Positions 52,641 to 64,000 of a stretch of DNA of 64,000 nt are shown piece by piece. This DNA comes from Camelus ferus (Eukaryota): assembly GCF_009834535.1 (NCBI RefSeq), contig NC_045696.1:80478001-80542000 (forward strand). Reading direction: 5' to 3'. Each line of letters opens with the position of its first letter. Position 1 is the stretch's first letter. The notes beneath the pieces were generated by a model. That model was not told the origin of the DNA, ran no database searches, and saw only the letters and a list, made by a program, of their open reading frames with translations. The position numbers and the translations under genes are program-made.

Positions 52641-55122
52641 CAAGAAAAAAAGCAGTGTTTCTTTTTTCCTTGTCTGAGATAAATGGGACCAGATGGCAAA
52701 GAAGTCTTCAAGAACAGTGCCATATATGGGAGACTGCTTGTATGATTAAGTTACACACTGCACCTACAACTTTTTATAATCCATTTGTAAATGTGACTTT
52801 TCTTATTTGTAGACAAAATTAGGTTTACATTTAAGAGCATTATTAGAATAATAGACATGCCACCATATAGATTAGAATACTGAGGACGAATACAAATAAA
52901 CTCTCTATAGCCCATAATCTGATGAAATGTACCTCGAAAGGTTAAGCAAACATTCTACAAGGGAAAGCGATGTGACCTGGAATTTGATATGGTTCATTTC
53001 CACATCAAGATCAAACAGATTAATTAGCTGCTTTTTAACCAAATAAATTCTGGATGCTTAGGAGAATGAGCACTGAAAAATATTTCAAAAATCACAATGG
53101 CCATTTTTCACGTCAGATCCCTCCACAAATAAAGCTTCCCAGGCTGGACTAGCAAACAGTACAAGAAACCGCTTGAGATCCTGGCTGGCAACGCAACACC
53201 CTCGGGCCTACCCGGTTCCCTCTTGCAGGATAAAGGAAATTCCTGCGCCCATCTCTTGCTGGCAGCCCTTGTGAAGGCCTGCCCACTACCAGCCTCCCAG
53301 CCTCCTGGCAGTAATTCTGCACTCAACCCTGAACACTTCCTCTTGCCTTCCTCCAATACCAGGGTGAACTGACACTTGGCAGTTAAACGCTGACTCTGAG
53401 TGGGTGGCTGGTGGTGGGAACAATAGCAACTCTTAACCAGACTTGGTCAAATTGTACTTGGGAGACAGAAGGAGAAAAGACAAGACACCAAACAAATCAT
53501 GGCCTGAATTCTTTTATTCAAAACAATGGTGTAAGTTTATGCAACTGATGACAGCAAAACATGAAATTAATAAAGACTTTTTTTTTTTTAACGAAGCAAA
53601 GAGGGTTGGTAATGTGGCTTTCCAAAGACTCTGAAGTTTCATTTAAACAAAGAGTGTCCTGAAAGTTTGTAATGCAGAAATTATCTTATTACCACCACAC
53701 AAAAGAATGATCCCTCCACCGCCCTGGCTTCCTATTCACAGTGGTATCTGAAGAGCAGACCTACCAAGAACATTTGGAAAAAAGCAGCTGAGTATTTTTT
53801 TTCTTAGTATGAGTGGACTAAAAGCATTTAATTGCATATATAGCATCTCCGCCACTGAAACAAGATTAACAGATAAAACTTTCTCCCCTTCTCATCTTCA
53901 CAAAGTGAAAACCCAACCTCCAAAAACAGCAACAAAACACCATGAACGGTTTAAACAACTTTCTAATTCTACCCATGCATGGCCTTTGAAATCAAAGCCT
54001 TTTTAAAGGAAGTCAGGTGACTTTACTGAAAATGCAAGTAGATCTATTATGCATTTAATATCCCATCCCCTCCCTTCCATTCCTATCTTGCTTGCTCTTT
54101 CCTGACAATTCATTTACTAGGGCAGAGGCTTCTGTTTACTGAGCTGAGGGTAGTAATCTGGGGAGCAACAGAAGAAAGTGGCTTTCAGGAAAGAAAAAAT
54201 ACTGAAAAATAAGACCAATTTAAGTAATTTCCAAAATCTTAAGTCCAAGTCCACCTACTTACTAGATTTGGGGGCTATGTAGGGAAAGCCAACACTGAAT
54301 CACGAAATGCGGTTCATATGCGAGACCTGACTCTGCCTCAGGTTTGTTCCATCATCCAGGGTAAACAACCCTCCAGACACAGTCAAGTGAATTATATAAA
54401 TAAATTATATACCAGGAACTAAGGGTTACACCACATGGCAAAAGCCACCAGCAATTACGCAGGGACACTGAAACAGTAAAGAAAATCAGGAATCAGACTT
54501 GTTGGCCATCTCCAGAAAAGAGTCCTCAATGAGGACTCGCTGAATCTTAAACCTAAAGGGTGCAGGAAACTGGGAAGTAGGGAATTCTCCCCGCATCTAC
54601 GGCAGACAGGCTCCACGCTCCCCCTACTGCCTTGGCTGGGCATTTGAGAAGCATCTTTGCCTAAGTTCTTTTGGTTAATTTTCTGTATCAAATTTCTGTA
54701 ATTTAAACCATACTTTAAAACTTAACTATGCTTAAAAAGTGCTGACGGCTCTTCCTTTCAAATGGTTCCCTTCATCTTCAGTCTTACTGCCACCCCCCAA
54801 TTCACCTCACTCCTAGAGTAGTGACACCATCGAGGTCACACTCACACCATTTGAGTTGTAGTCTGATGTCTAGCTCTCCAGCCTACACACACACACACAC
54901 ACAGTGCACAGCAACAACGCCTGCCCCAAATCTGTGCTGGGGGCAAGGAGATGGAGGAGGCTCCTCCAACAGGGCACTAAGAGATAATGAAGGCTCAATA
55001 GCAAGAGGCAGATCAAAGAACTTTCATTCTAAGGCACTCTGAATGTCATTATAACATTACCTAACAAACTGACCTACCTGAGGCACAATTTCCTCACCTA
55101 CAATATGGGAAGGGTGCATCAA

Positions 55123-55332
55123 CCAGTGGTTTTTCAACATATGCACGCCAGGAGGGCAAGGTAGTCAGGGGGAAAGTTTTACAGGCCTTACCAAAAGAAA
55201 GATAAGCAGGTGTGCCTGGGGCCTTCTGCCCTCCATCACATCCGCTCCACTGGTTTGGTACAGAAAATGTCTCTGTAAAATAATCTGAGGAAAAGTTCTA
55301 CAATTACCTTTAAAAACTGATGAAGTCACTGA
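55123..55332. mobile_element. Possible hAT-Charlie MITE (family unresolved)
   Basis: Charlie-like termini cagtggtttttcaa ... tgaagtcactg about 210 bp apart. Confidence 0.4.
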
Positions 55333-57783
55333 ATGTCTAGATCAGAACCGAAGTCCCATCTCACTAAAAACTTCCATGACAGCTTGATTTTTTCAGCCTA
55401 TTAGAAGGTAACAAGGAGTTGTACTTGGACCTTTCCAAATGAGCAAATCCAAAGTACCAAGCAGTGGGTGGAACGTAAGCCAACACTGAGTATCCAACAG
55501 GCTTCTGACACCGCTGACGGGAAAGCCACGCAAAAGGATTTTTGCTCCTCAACAGCTTCTCAAGAATCCCTTTCTCCAGTTCCTACCAAGCTGAGAGCAA
55601 TTTTTCCACCAAGACACAGACTACAGTTTTGCTTTGCTTCTTGGAACGTCCATCTGCAGGATCTGACCGGGAGCTCATACTCCCACCGACCTCTGCCGGA
55701 GCGGGGCCTGAGCAGGCTGCGGGCTGCAGCCCAGTCTGGCCTCCTCGAGCATCCTCTCAGATGTCTGCGGCAGACTGGGTCTCACCCCAGAAGTCAGCTC
55801 CTGCTGATAAGAAACCCTTCCTGTGGCCAAACAAATCACTGTCTGATTCTTGTAGCATTCTTCACTCCTGTTTTTCTTCCTCCTCCTCCCTTCCTATAAA
55901 AAAAGGTGTCTTTTAAGTCTATCTAGAAGGAAACCTGAACAGCTAGGCGCTTTCCCCTCTTAATGTGTTCCTTATCCCGCTGGTGATTCATGCCCTGGGC
56001 CGCTCCTTCCTCAGCACACTGAGCCGGCTCTGTTCTGCTCAGTGGTGGGAGGCCACGTCAGCAGGAAACAGCGCTGGCTGCCAGGTCACATTCGAGACTG
56101 TCTGGAGCAAGTCAGCGTGCGTGCAGCACCCGCAGGACAGAGGCTGCTCTATGGCTTTCCCAAGCGAAGGGAGCGCTCGGCCTGGAGAAAAGAAGACTGG
56201 TCTCTGCGTACCATTGCGACACAAGCTTAGGGGAGACTCCAAATACCACGGCTTAGAGTTTCCCCTGTCTAAATACTCCCCAAATACTTCTAGTTAGAGA
56301 GTTATTGGTTTCCCTTCTCCTCCTTTTCTTAGAGGACGTACTGTACTGCATCCAAATTCATATTTGGAAAAGGCTGCCCCAAGCCAAATCAAACTTCGTC
56401 GTGGCTTTCTGGCTCTTGGGTCCGACGGAGGAAATTCTGCACACCCTCCAACCCATCTCCACAGTCCTGACACACAGTGAGTCAGGACGGAAAACCTGAC
56501 CCAAAGGGCTGACACACAAAAGTGACCACTACGGGCCTTTTTTTGCTTCTAAACACACACAAGAAAAACAGTAAACAAATAAGGCATGCCAGATGTTATC
56601 ATGGTATCTCAGAGGATGAGTTCATGACAAGAAGCCAACAAATTGTTTTGTACAAAAAGATACACTGCATAAATGGCAACACTGTGTTTCATGCAGCTGC
56701 TCAGTTAGGTCCAAAACCAATCCTGCTCATGTAAACCAGCACGATCAAGGTTAAATGCTGAAACAGCAGGACTCCTATGCAACTAGGATAACTAGGAGTT
56801 TCTTACTTTGTCACAAATTTAGACCAGAGAGCCTGTAAAAAAGAAGGAACACAATTTCTCTCAGAAACCTCCTAGGTTGAGGGCTCTCTCTTCCACTCTT
56901 GGAGGAAGGTCTTCAGTGGATGCCCAAGAGTCAAATCTTTCTCTCCAAAAATACCAGGTTTGTTAAAGAAAAGAGCCCATCCCATGGAGAGTAGTTATCA
57001 AAGAAACAAGAGAGAAAGGAGGTGAAGACAAAGAAAGTAGTTCAGGACACGAGAGCAGAGGCAGAGGATGGAGAGCAGACCAAGTAACACACATAAACCC
57101 TGCAGACACAGCAAAGGTGGCCTGACCCTAAGAGTTCCGGACGGGGGCTGAGCTCCTGTGCAGAGAGAAGGCGTTAACTACCCCAAGAACGTGCATGCAC
57201 ACACAAACCCAAGTGCAAACGGGATAATGCAGCTTCTGAGAGACGTCTACAGCAATAAAGGCACTGGGAACAAACCAGAAAAGGAAGACACACAGAGCCA
57301 GGAGACCACATGTGGCTACAGAACTAACTTTCCCATGAAGAGGAACGAGGCACCAAAACAAAAGCAACTCTAAGTACTTAGAAACTTAGTGATATAAAAT
57401 CTGAGGGGCCACTTCATCAAGCCTGGTCGTCAGACAGCACTGAGTACCCTTAAGTGGATCTCACCAGCACCTCCTTACAGGGGGGAAAAATAAAATATTA
57501 GATTTGGCTACCTACTAATTTACTGAAAACCAAACAAGTATTCCAAATTGAACTGGCCACCACAGGCTTTACAGAAATCCATAGCATTTTCACCAAAGAA
57601 AATATTCTAACGCCCTGATAAACTACAATAAAGCTTTAAATGCATCTCAGAAATAAAAACTACCAAATCGCATATGCTGCTTGTACATCTGGCATAAATT
57701 GAGTCTTACGCAAGGGAATTTTTTAGAGGCAGATACTATAGATCCAAAAGTAATAACGTTTCTTGGTTAACACAGTAGGTATG

Positions 57784-57855
57784 TAGGAAGGAAAGAAGGA
57801 AGGGAGGGAGGAGGGAAAGAAGGGGAAAAGGGGGTGAAGAGAAGGCAAAGAAAAC
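57784..57855 (+). repeat. Polypurine low-complexity tract
   Basis: aggaaggaaagaaggaagggagggaggagggaaagaaggggaaaaggggg. Confidence 0.8.
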
Positions 57856-60800
57856 AAAGTGTTTTCTGCATAAACGTTAGAAGCATGTGATAAGACTGCT
57901 GACCTGGGCTGTGTTGTTTTCAATAGGATAAAGCTGCAACAGCCAGCATACACATGAACAACAGAAGAGCCTTGAAATTTTTTAAAACCCAAAGTTTAGA
58001 TTTATCAAAAAGTTAGACAAAACAGAGAAGACACAAGTGATAACACTGCGAACTCATACACACTGTACGTGTGTAGGTGTGTATGCACACACATACACAC
58101 ATTAAAAAAGTAAGCCTTTTGGCAGAGTGAAGCAGAGACATTTGGTGAGATGCTAAAGCTAACAAAGAGCATCACAAGATTATGATTTGTATCTAAATTC
58201 TCCAGGGCATATTTAGAAGGTACAATGTTTAAACACATGAGTCGTATTTCTACAACTGAGAGGTAAACAGAATAGTAAGCTATTTTAATTTTTACACAGA
58301 CGCCCACACAAAATGGTTATGCAAACACAAAAATAGGAAAAATTCCAATCAATTTGTGATTTTTAAAGATCTAATTAAATCTGAAAGAGAAACTGAAAAC
58401 TAAAGAAATGTATTTCATTGATTCCAAATATTTTTGTTTTCCTCATCTTAAGCTCTCAAAAAAAAGGAAAGCACCTTACAGTTAAGGCAAGTCAGTTTAA
58501 CTGACAGTACTTTCTCATGAAGAGATACGTAAATTACCGCGGTATCTTAAAATTAATAGCATCTTTGAGTCAGTAAAATGACAGCAAATAACCTCTGAAA
58601 CCAATACAAAAAGGACAACCATATGTGCTGTCTCAGAGAAGAGAGACAGGCAGCAGCAAGGTGATCTCGGCCAGCTTCTGGGTAAGCAGTCGGCACAAGT
58701 GTGGAGCCAGGGCACACACAGCCTTCAGCTGAGGCAGTGCACCTCAGAGGAGAAAGTATCACGTTGTGTTTTTAGGGTTTTTTCCATTCACAAATAATTT
58801 GATACTCTAAACATCAGAGGACATAAAATAAAATTCACCAACTGGTTTACTGAACGCAATGGTAACTAAATACTGATGACAATTCTATCCTTAAAAATAC
58901 ACTGGGTACCAACTACATCTAAATATCTGGAGGTGAGGACTAAAGCATTTTTTTTTAATTGCAGGTGATTCAAATATGCAACCAGGATTGACAAGTGATA
59001 TAAAGCCAGCTGGCATACAATTGGTACATACGTACAATTTCAAATATGGCAATTATTAAAACAAGAAAAAATTATATACTGGGTAATTTCTTTTTTTGCT
59101 ACTAGTCAGGATTGAACTTATGCTGACAAGATTTTAGAGAAATTAATGTAGTACCTTACCTTAAGAGTCCTAAATGATAATTTAACATCTCACTTTCAAA
59201 TAGAAAATTCTAGATAATTAGGCTCTTGAAATCTGCCCACATTTGAACCTATTTAAGCAAAGCTTTAGTCTTTGCATGAAATTAAGAAGATCTAAATGGC
59301 AGAAAACTCTAGAGGAATTAAAATTACAGAGGAAAGAGAAACTGAGCGAAGAAGAATTTTAGAAACGATCTGGTCCAATCCTCTCACTTGGAGGTGAGGA
59401 CCGTGAGGCCTTGATCAGTGGACCCAGTTTGAATGGCAAGGGGGTTAAAGTATATCAGGGCATTCTCTTTCTCTAACCCAAGCCAGAAGGTTCTGTCAGT
59501 TTTCTTCATTTAAAGGGAAGAGGAAAAATTCACAATATAATCTACTGATTTTTACTGTATGAGTTCAAGTCTAATGACCTTTGATGTGAACCTAAGTCAA
59601 TTAAAAAAAAAAAAGAGGGTCTGTTGAAGGCGCACAATTAAGACTTGTATCGAGGAAGGGAACCAGATTAGCAAGGCTATTTCACCCTTCCTGTTGAGCC
59701 ATTTCCTATGTCTCCTAAATACATTACCCAGAGCTACTTTTCAGCACTCTGGCTCAAATTCTAAAGAATCTCATTTTCTCCAAAGTCTGTTCTATGGTTA
59801 ATTACTTGCCTTCGGACTGCACCGGGTATAGCCAAGAAACAGGTAGAATGCACCTGTTGTTCTCGAGCTCCATCTGAGATGGAGGCTGGCATTCTATTCA
59901 CCTCTGAGGAATGTTAATTGCTGATACCAGCATGACAGGTGCAATGAGTAGAAAAATGATCAATGAGCTCAACTCACAGAACAGCATCAGAACTTATCTA
60001 GTGACCATGAGAAAACTCCTCTCAAGAGCTGCAACTTTAATTACTAACAATTGGTCTGGAATTCAATTTGACCCTTGAAACAGATTTTTAAAACAGAGCA
60101 CAACGTTCTAAATTTCTACAATGGTGCCCTGTCCACAGGAGGAAAAAAAGGGAATATGTATAATCCTGTTTTCCACGTTACTATGGAGTCCGTTCACTAA
60201 CCGCAACTGCTTCTCATGGATTGCTTCTGCTCTGTTCTGCAGGCCACGTTCTTCCCACTCCAGATCCTTACTGGTGTAGAGTCCTATCTATTTTGAATTC
60301 TGAGTCACTTCCTTTTCCCCTAGTTTTATGCTTTAAAAACCTTCCTGTTTCTTTAGAATACTTTACAGAGTGAAGCCCACTTCCATATCAGTTCCCCCAC
60401 TTTTTATCCTCCCCTTTTGGCTTTGTTTTTTGTTTGTTTGTTTTTGTTTTTTTTTTTTACTATGACCCAGCTGACTTGCTTACTGAACACAGTGTCAGAT
60501 ACTGTTTATCTGTTACACTATTTTTCACATTTGCATGAGTTTCCTAACTCAGTCATCCCCAAATACTACATACTACTATTCATTAAACCTTAAAGTCCTA
60601 GGATATCTTCAGCAATCATATTTATTCTATGTGGGAACTGAGGCATGGAGAAGAAAAAGGAATTCCTGATAAAATAGCAATTGTACTAGAAGATGTAAAC
60701 TGAAAGGCTCCACAAACAAATCCTTTGAAAAGAGTCCCTGATTAAAACCTCAGTTCATTAAAACCATAGGAGAGCAAGGGGAAATTTTTTCAGAACAAGA

Positions 60801-61002
60801 AAAAAATTATATCTTTGAGATTCCAACTTAAGAATTTAAGCCAATCATTATTTTTCATTTTTCTGCATTCATAAGGATTTTCTTCCTTTTCTTCACTTTG
60901 TGACCAAACTTAATCCTGAGAATTTTCTCTTCCATTCAAGGGCACTACCTCTATAAATCTCCTCTTCTTACAAGCTCCCCTCACCCCCAAAAACCTCCTA
61001 CC

Positions 61003-61182
61003 TCAGTTGTTTTCAAAGCCTGGTCTCAGAACCACGAACATCGGTATCACCTTGGAACTTCTTATAAGTACAAATTCTCAGGGCCCACCTATCCCAGACC
61101 AGAAACGCTGGGGGGGGCGGTACCAGCAATCGGTGGTTTAACAAGCCCTCCAGGTGATTCCAATCCATATTAAAGTTACTGG
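61003..61182. mobile_element. MER5A hAT-Charlie MITE
   Basis: cagttgttttcaaagcctggtctc...catcggtatcaccttggaactt...caaattctcagggcccacc...cagcaatcggtggtttaacaagccctccaggtgattc. Confidence 0.85.
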
Positions 61183-61842
61183 TAATTGTCAGCATCTGCC
61201 AAATGTAATACCCTGGGGATTCAGGAATGCTGGAGGAACCACCTGAGTCAGACACCAAGCTGTTTCCGGGGCACCTACACCATTTAAGGCATGAGGCAAA
61301 ATTTATGAAGGAAAACAAAGAGGAAAGCAACAGTCTCAGCCCAATTCTTCCACAGAGTCAAGTGGAAACAGGGCCAAAAGCAGCTTCTGCAAGCAGCAAG
61401 TTGAAAGATGTTATCTTCTCATCTCACCTTTCAACTTCATCCACCTTGCACAATCTTACCTATTTTAATCAACTTTGAATTTTAATAGTTTACAATAGGT
61501 GAGCTATTGTGTTTACATCTAAATAAAGGTAAAATAAATCCATTCTCTGCTGAAAGAAGTCAACTCAAATTTATGTTTGGTAACGCTTGTTTATTACTTA
61601 CAGAAGTTTATTAAAAAAGCTAAACAGCAATTTTAATTATTAGGTTCAATAAAGACAACCACCACATAGAGTTTACTTAAGAAGTATACAAATACAAGAT
61701 AAAAGACCTTTAAGCACTTTGCATACCTTAAAGAAGACTAACCTGGATGGACAGACAGGTACGCAGCATGTGTGGTGTGGGGTACTTGGGAAAGGGTACC
61801 ATGAGAATTTCTTAAACTGTCCTGATGGTTAGGTTAACCAGA

Positions 61843-61997
61843 CATTCTCAATCTCCACTGCATATTACCTTTCAAGACTAATGCCCAGGTGTTACCCCCT
61901 ACAATCTGACAATTACCTACAGTTAGCCTGCAGATCAACTTGTGCATTTTTTAAAGCCCCCCAGGTAACTCTGATGTGCAAAAGTTACAATCCACTA
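61843..61997. mobile_element. MER5A1-like hAT-Charlie MITE
   Basis: ttctcaatctccactgcatatt...actaatgcccagg...ttttttaaagccccccaggtaactctgatgtgca...aatccact. Confidence 0.7.
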
Positions 61998-64000
61998 TGT
62001 TAATACAACCAGCTTTAAAATCCTGAGATGTTAGAGATGTTCTTTGCCTTAAGAAAATAAGGCAAGAACTACATCACTCAAAATGTGAATGCTTGACCCA
62101 CAGAATAAGAACTAGTCTTGATCATTAAGAATAAACTAACCATACATGCAATATAATGTATATGTGCAGTCAAACTGTAATAATTCTACCTAATAAAACT
62201 GAAAAAGGAAAAAAACAAACAAAAAAATAAATTCACTAAATTAATCTCAGGTCTTGATTTCTAACTTATGGGATAACAAGCCACGCTTTTTCTGTATTTT
62301 AACATTTTGTGACTATTTCATGCTTACACTCAGGCAATTTAAGTATAAACGTTTGGTTATACTACCCGTAAAGCCTGTTCTTCCTCCACTGAAGGAGACA
62401 AGCTCAGTTCCAGCGGTGCAGAAGCACTCGTTTTGTCCGCACGGCTTGGGCTCTGGTACAGCAGACACAGGAAACTGATGCTGCCGAGTCTAGCGTTAAG
62501 GCACAGTGAACTGATGTTAAAAGATCCAACCCCGGATAACCAAGATAATCCAATCCTAGACAACTGGTAAAGACTTGGCACTTCAAGAAAAGAACAAGCA
62601 GAGCTTAATTTGACATTTACATGAGATAAATAGTGTGTATATCCACTTTAATGAGAACTGCAGAACAAAACAGGTAAAATTCATCTAGTCAGCCCACTAA
62701 CAGAGAATAACACTTTCACTCAAAAATACCCTAAGAATAATGCTTCTATTTATCTCTTCGAATTTCCACTCCTATTCCTGAAGACTTCTCTTGATGCTTC
62801 GCCTCCTTATCAGTTTAAAACAGAAATTATAATTTGCTAATAATTGGAAGCTTTTTAAATTAAGTGAAAATATAAAAATTCCTATAGCCAGAAAGACACC
62901 ACAAAACTGATGTTAATTCTGGCTCTGTTATACTGCAATATATAAAGTGTCCATAAAGGTCAGCAGGTCGTGGCTATCTCCTAAACATCTCAATTCCGTT
63001 CCCACTTCCACACCCCACCACCACTGCCCTAACACAGGCTCTCTTCCCCTCCTTCCTGCCCCTCCCCACCACCTATCTCACCACCTCCCTCACCCCTTCA
63101 GTTGTACTATGGATGAAGAAAGAGAAGAATTACTATCCCAACTCCATATAATTCAGTAACCAAATTCATTTACAATTTATAAGGTAATTTATCTATTCCT
63201 GGGTCTGAAACAGAATTTATTGAGTTTACTGCGACAGATAAATGCTATAATTTTAAACTGCATGATAACAACAAAATATTAATGAGTAATCTAAATTATT
63301 TCCTAATAATACAAAAAAGATAAAGTTAGTCTATCCTTCACTAGAAAATAGCCTTAAAAATGTTTTTCCAAGGTGTTCCTAGCCTACTCCTCACAAAGGA
63401 AAAATGTTACCAAGAAAATGAATATAATGATCATGCCCTCATGCTTTTTGCAGGGAAGAGGAGCTGACCTACTTATGGACGTCTTCAGAATTACTGTGTG
63501 CTTTTGAAAACACCGTCATACCAGCATTTACTCTCTTAACTTGAGGAACTGAGAGTAAAAATAACCAAATTTAACTACTTAAGTATAATAACAATAAGAC
63601 AAAAGAACCTCTGTGAATTAACAAGAGACTTTTCCCAACATTTTGAAATGGATTTTTTTTAGCAGTACAGTAGGAAATGACTTTCCTTTTTTCTGAACAC
63701 CTAAGAGGTGCTGGATCGGGACCAGGATACAAGGATCACTAAGATTTGACCCCTACCCTTGAAGAACCCCTTACAGTTTTCTTTAAAGACACTTCTACCA
63801 TGAAATTTTCCACTTCAAAATTTAAATGTAAAAACAAAGGTAAAAAATACATGAAGAATAATAAAGCAAGAACTAAAAGACTACAAACTATGAAATAAAA
63901 TGTGGCAGACAACTGAGGTAGTATGACAGTCAGCGCTTCGGAATTATCTAGCATACAAAGGTCTCTGATATTTAAGGAACTCCAAGCAATAGTACCCTCA

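Noticed and set aside
63030..63060. Minus-strand AAG AGA GCC TGT (KRAC) resembling the human short-isoform tail
   Set aside because: No suitable acceptor or in-phase DEV start, and it lies in low-complexity C-rich sequence. The 27581 site fits far better.

Overview
Mammalian genomic DNA, most likely a camelid (camel/alpaca/vicuna), judged from three tRNA-derived SINEs of the camelid Vic-1 type and cetartiodactyl-type L1 3' ends. The whole window lies inside the FNDC3B gene, which is transcribed on the minus strand. One 77-nt constitutive coding exon is present (11343-11419, GPAEVPMMSPNGSIPPIHVPPGYISQ, equivalent to human exon 4). The rest is intron filled with L1, L2, MIR, hAT and Tigger fossils and microsatellites, plus a 100-N assembly gap. 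The ORF track is essentially noise apart from that exon and decayed L1 ORF2 pieces. The most interesting item is not in the ORF track: a candidate alternative terminal exon in the upstream intron (acceptor at 27583/27582, reading (G)AT GAG GTG ATG AAG AAA GGT TGA = DEVMKKG*). It resembles, from recall, the DEVVKRACD* end of the short human FNDC3B isoform but has an earlier stop. It has downstream AATAAA signals and is bracketed by an inverted pair of lineage-specific SINEs. I found no evidence of a wholly new multi-gene system. Repeat boundaries and subfamily names are approximate, assigned by eye against remembered consensus sequences.
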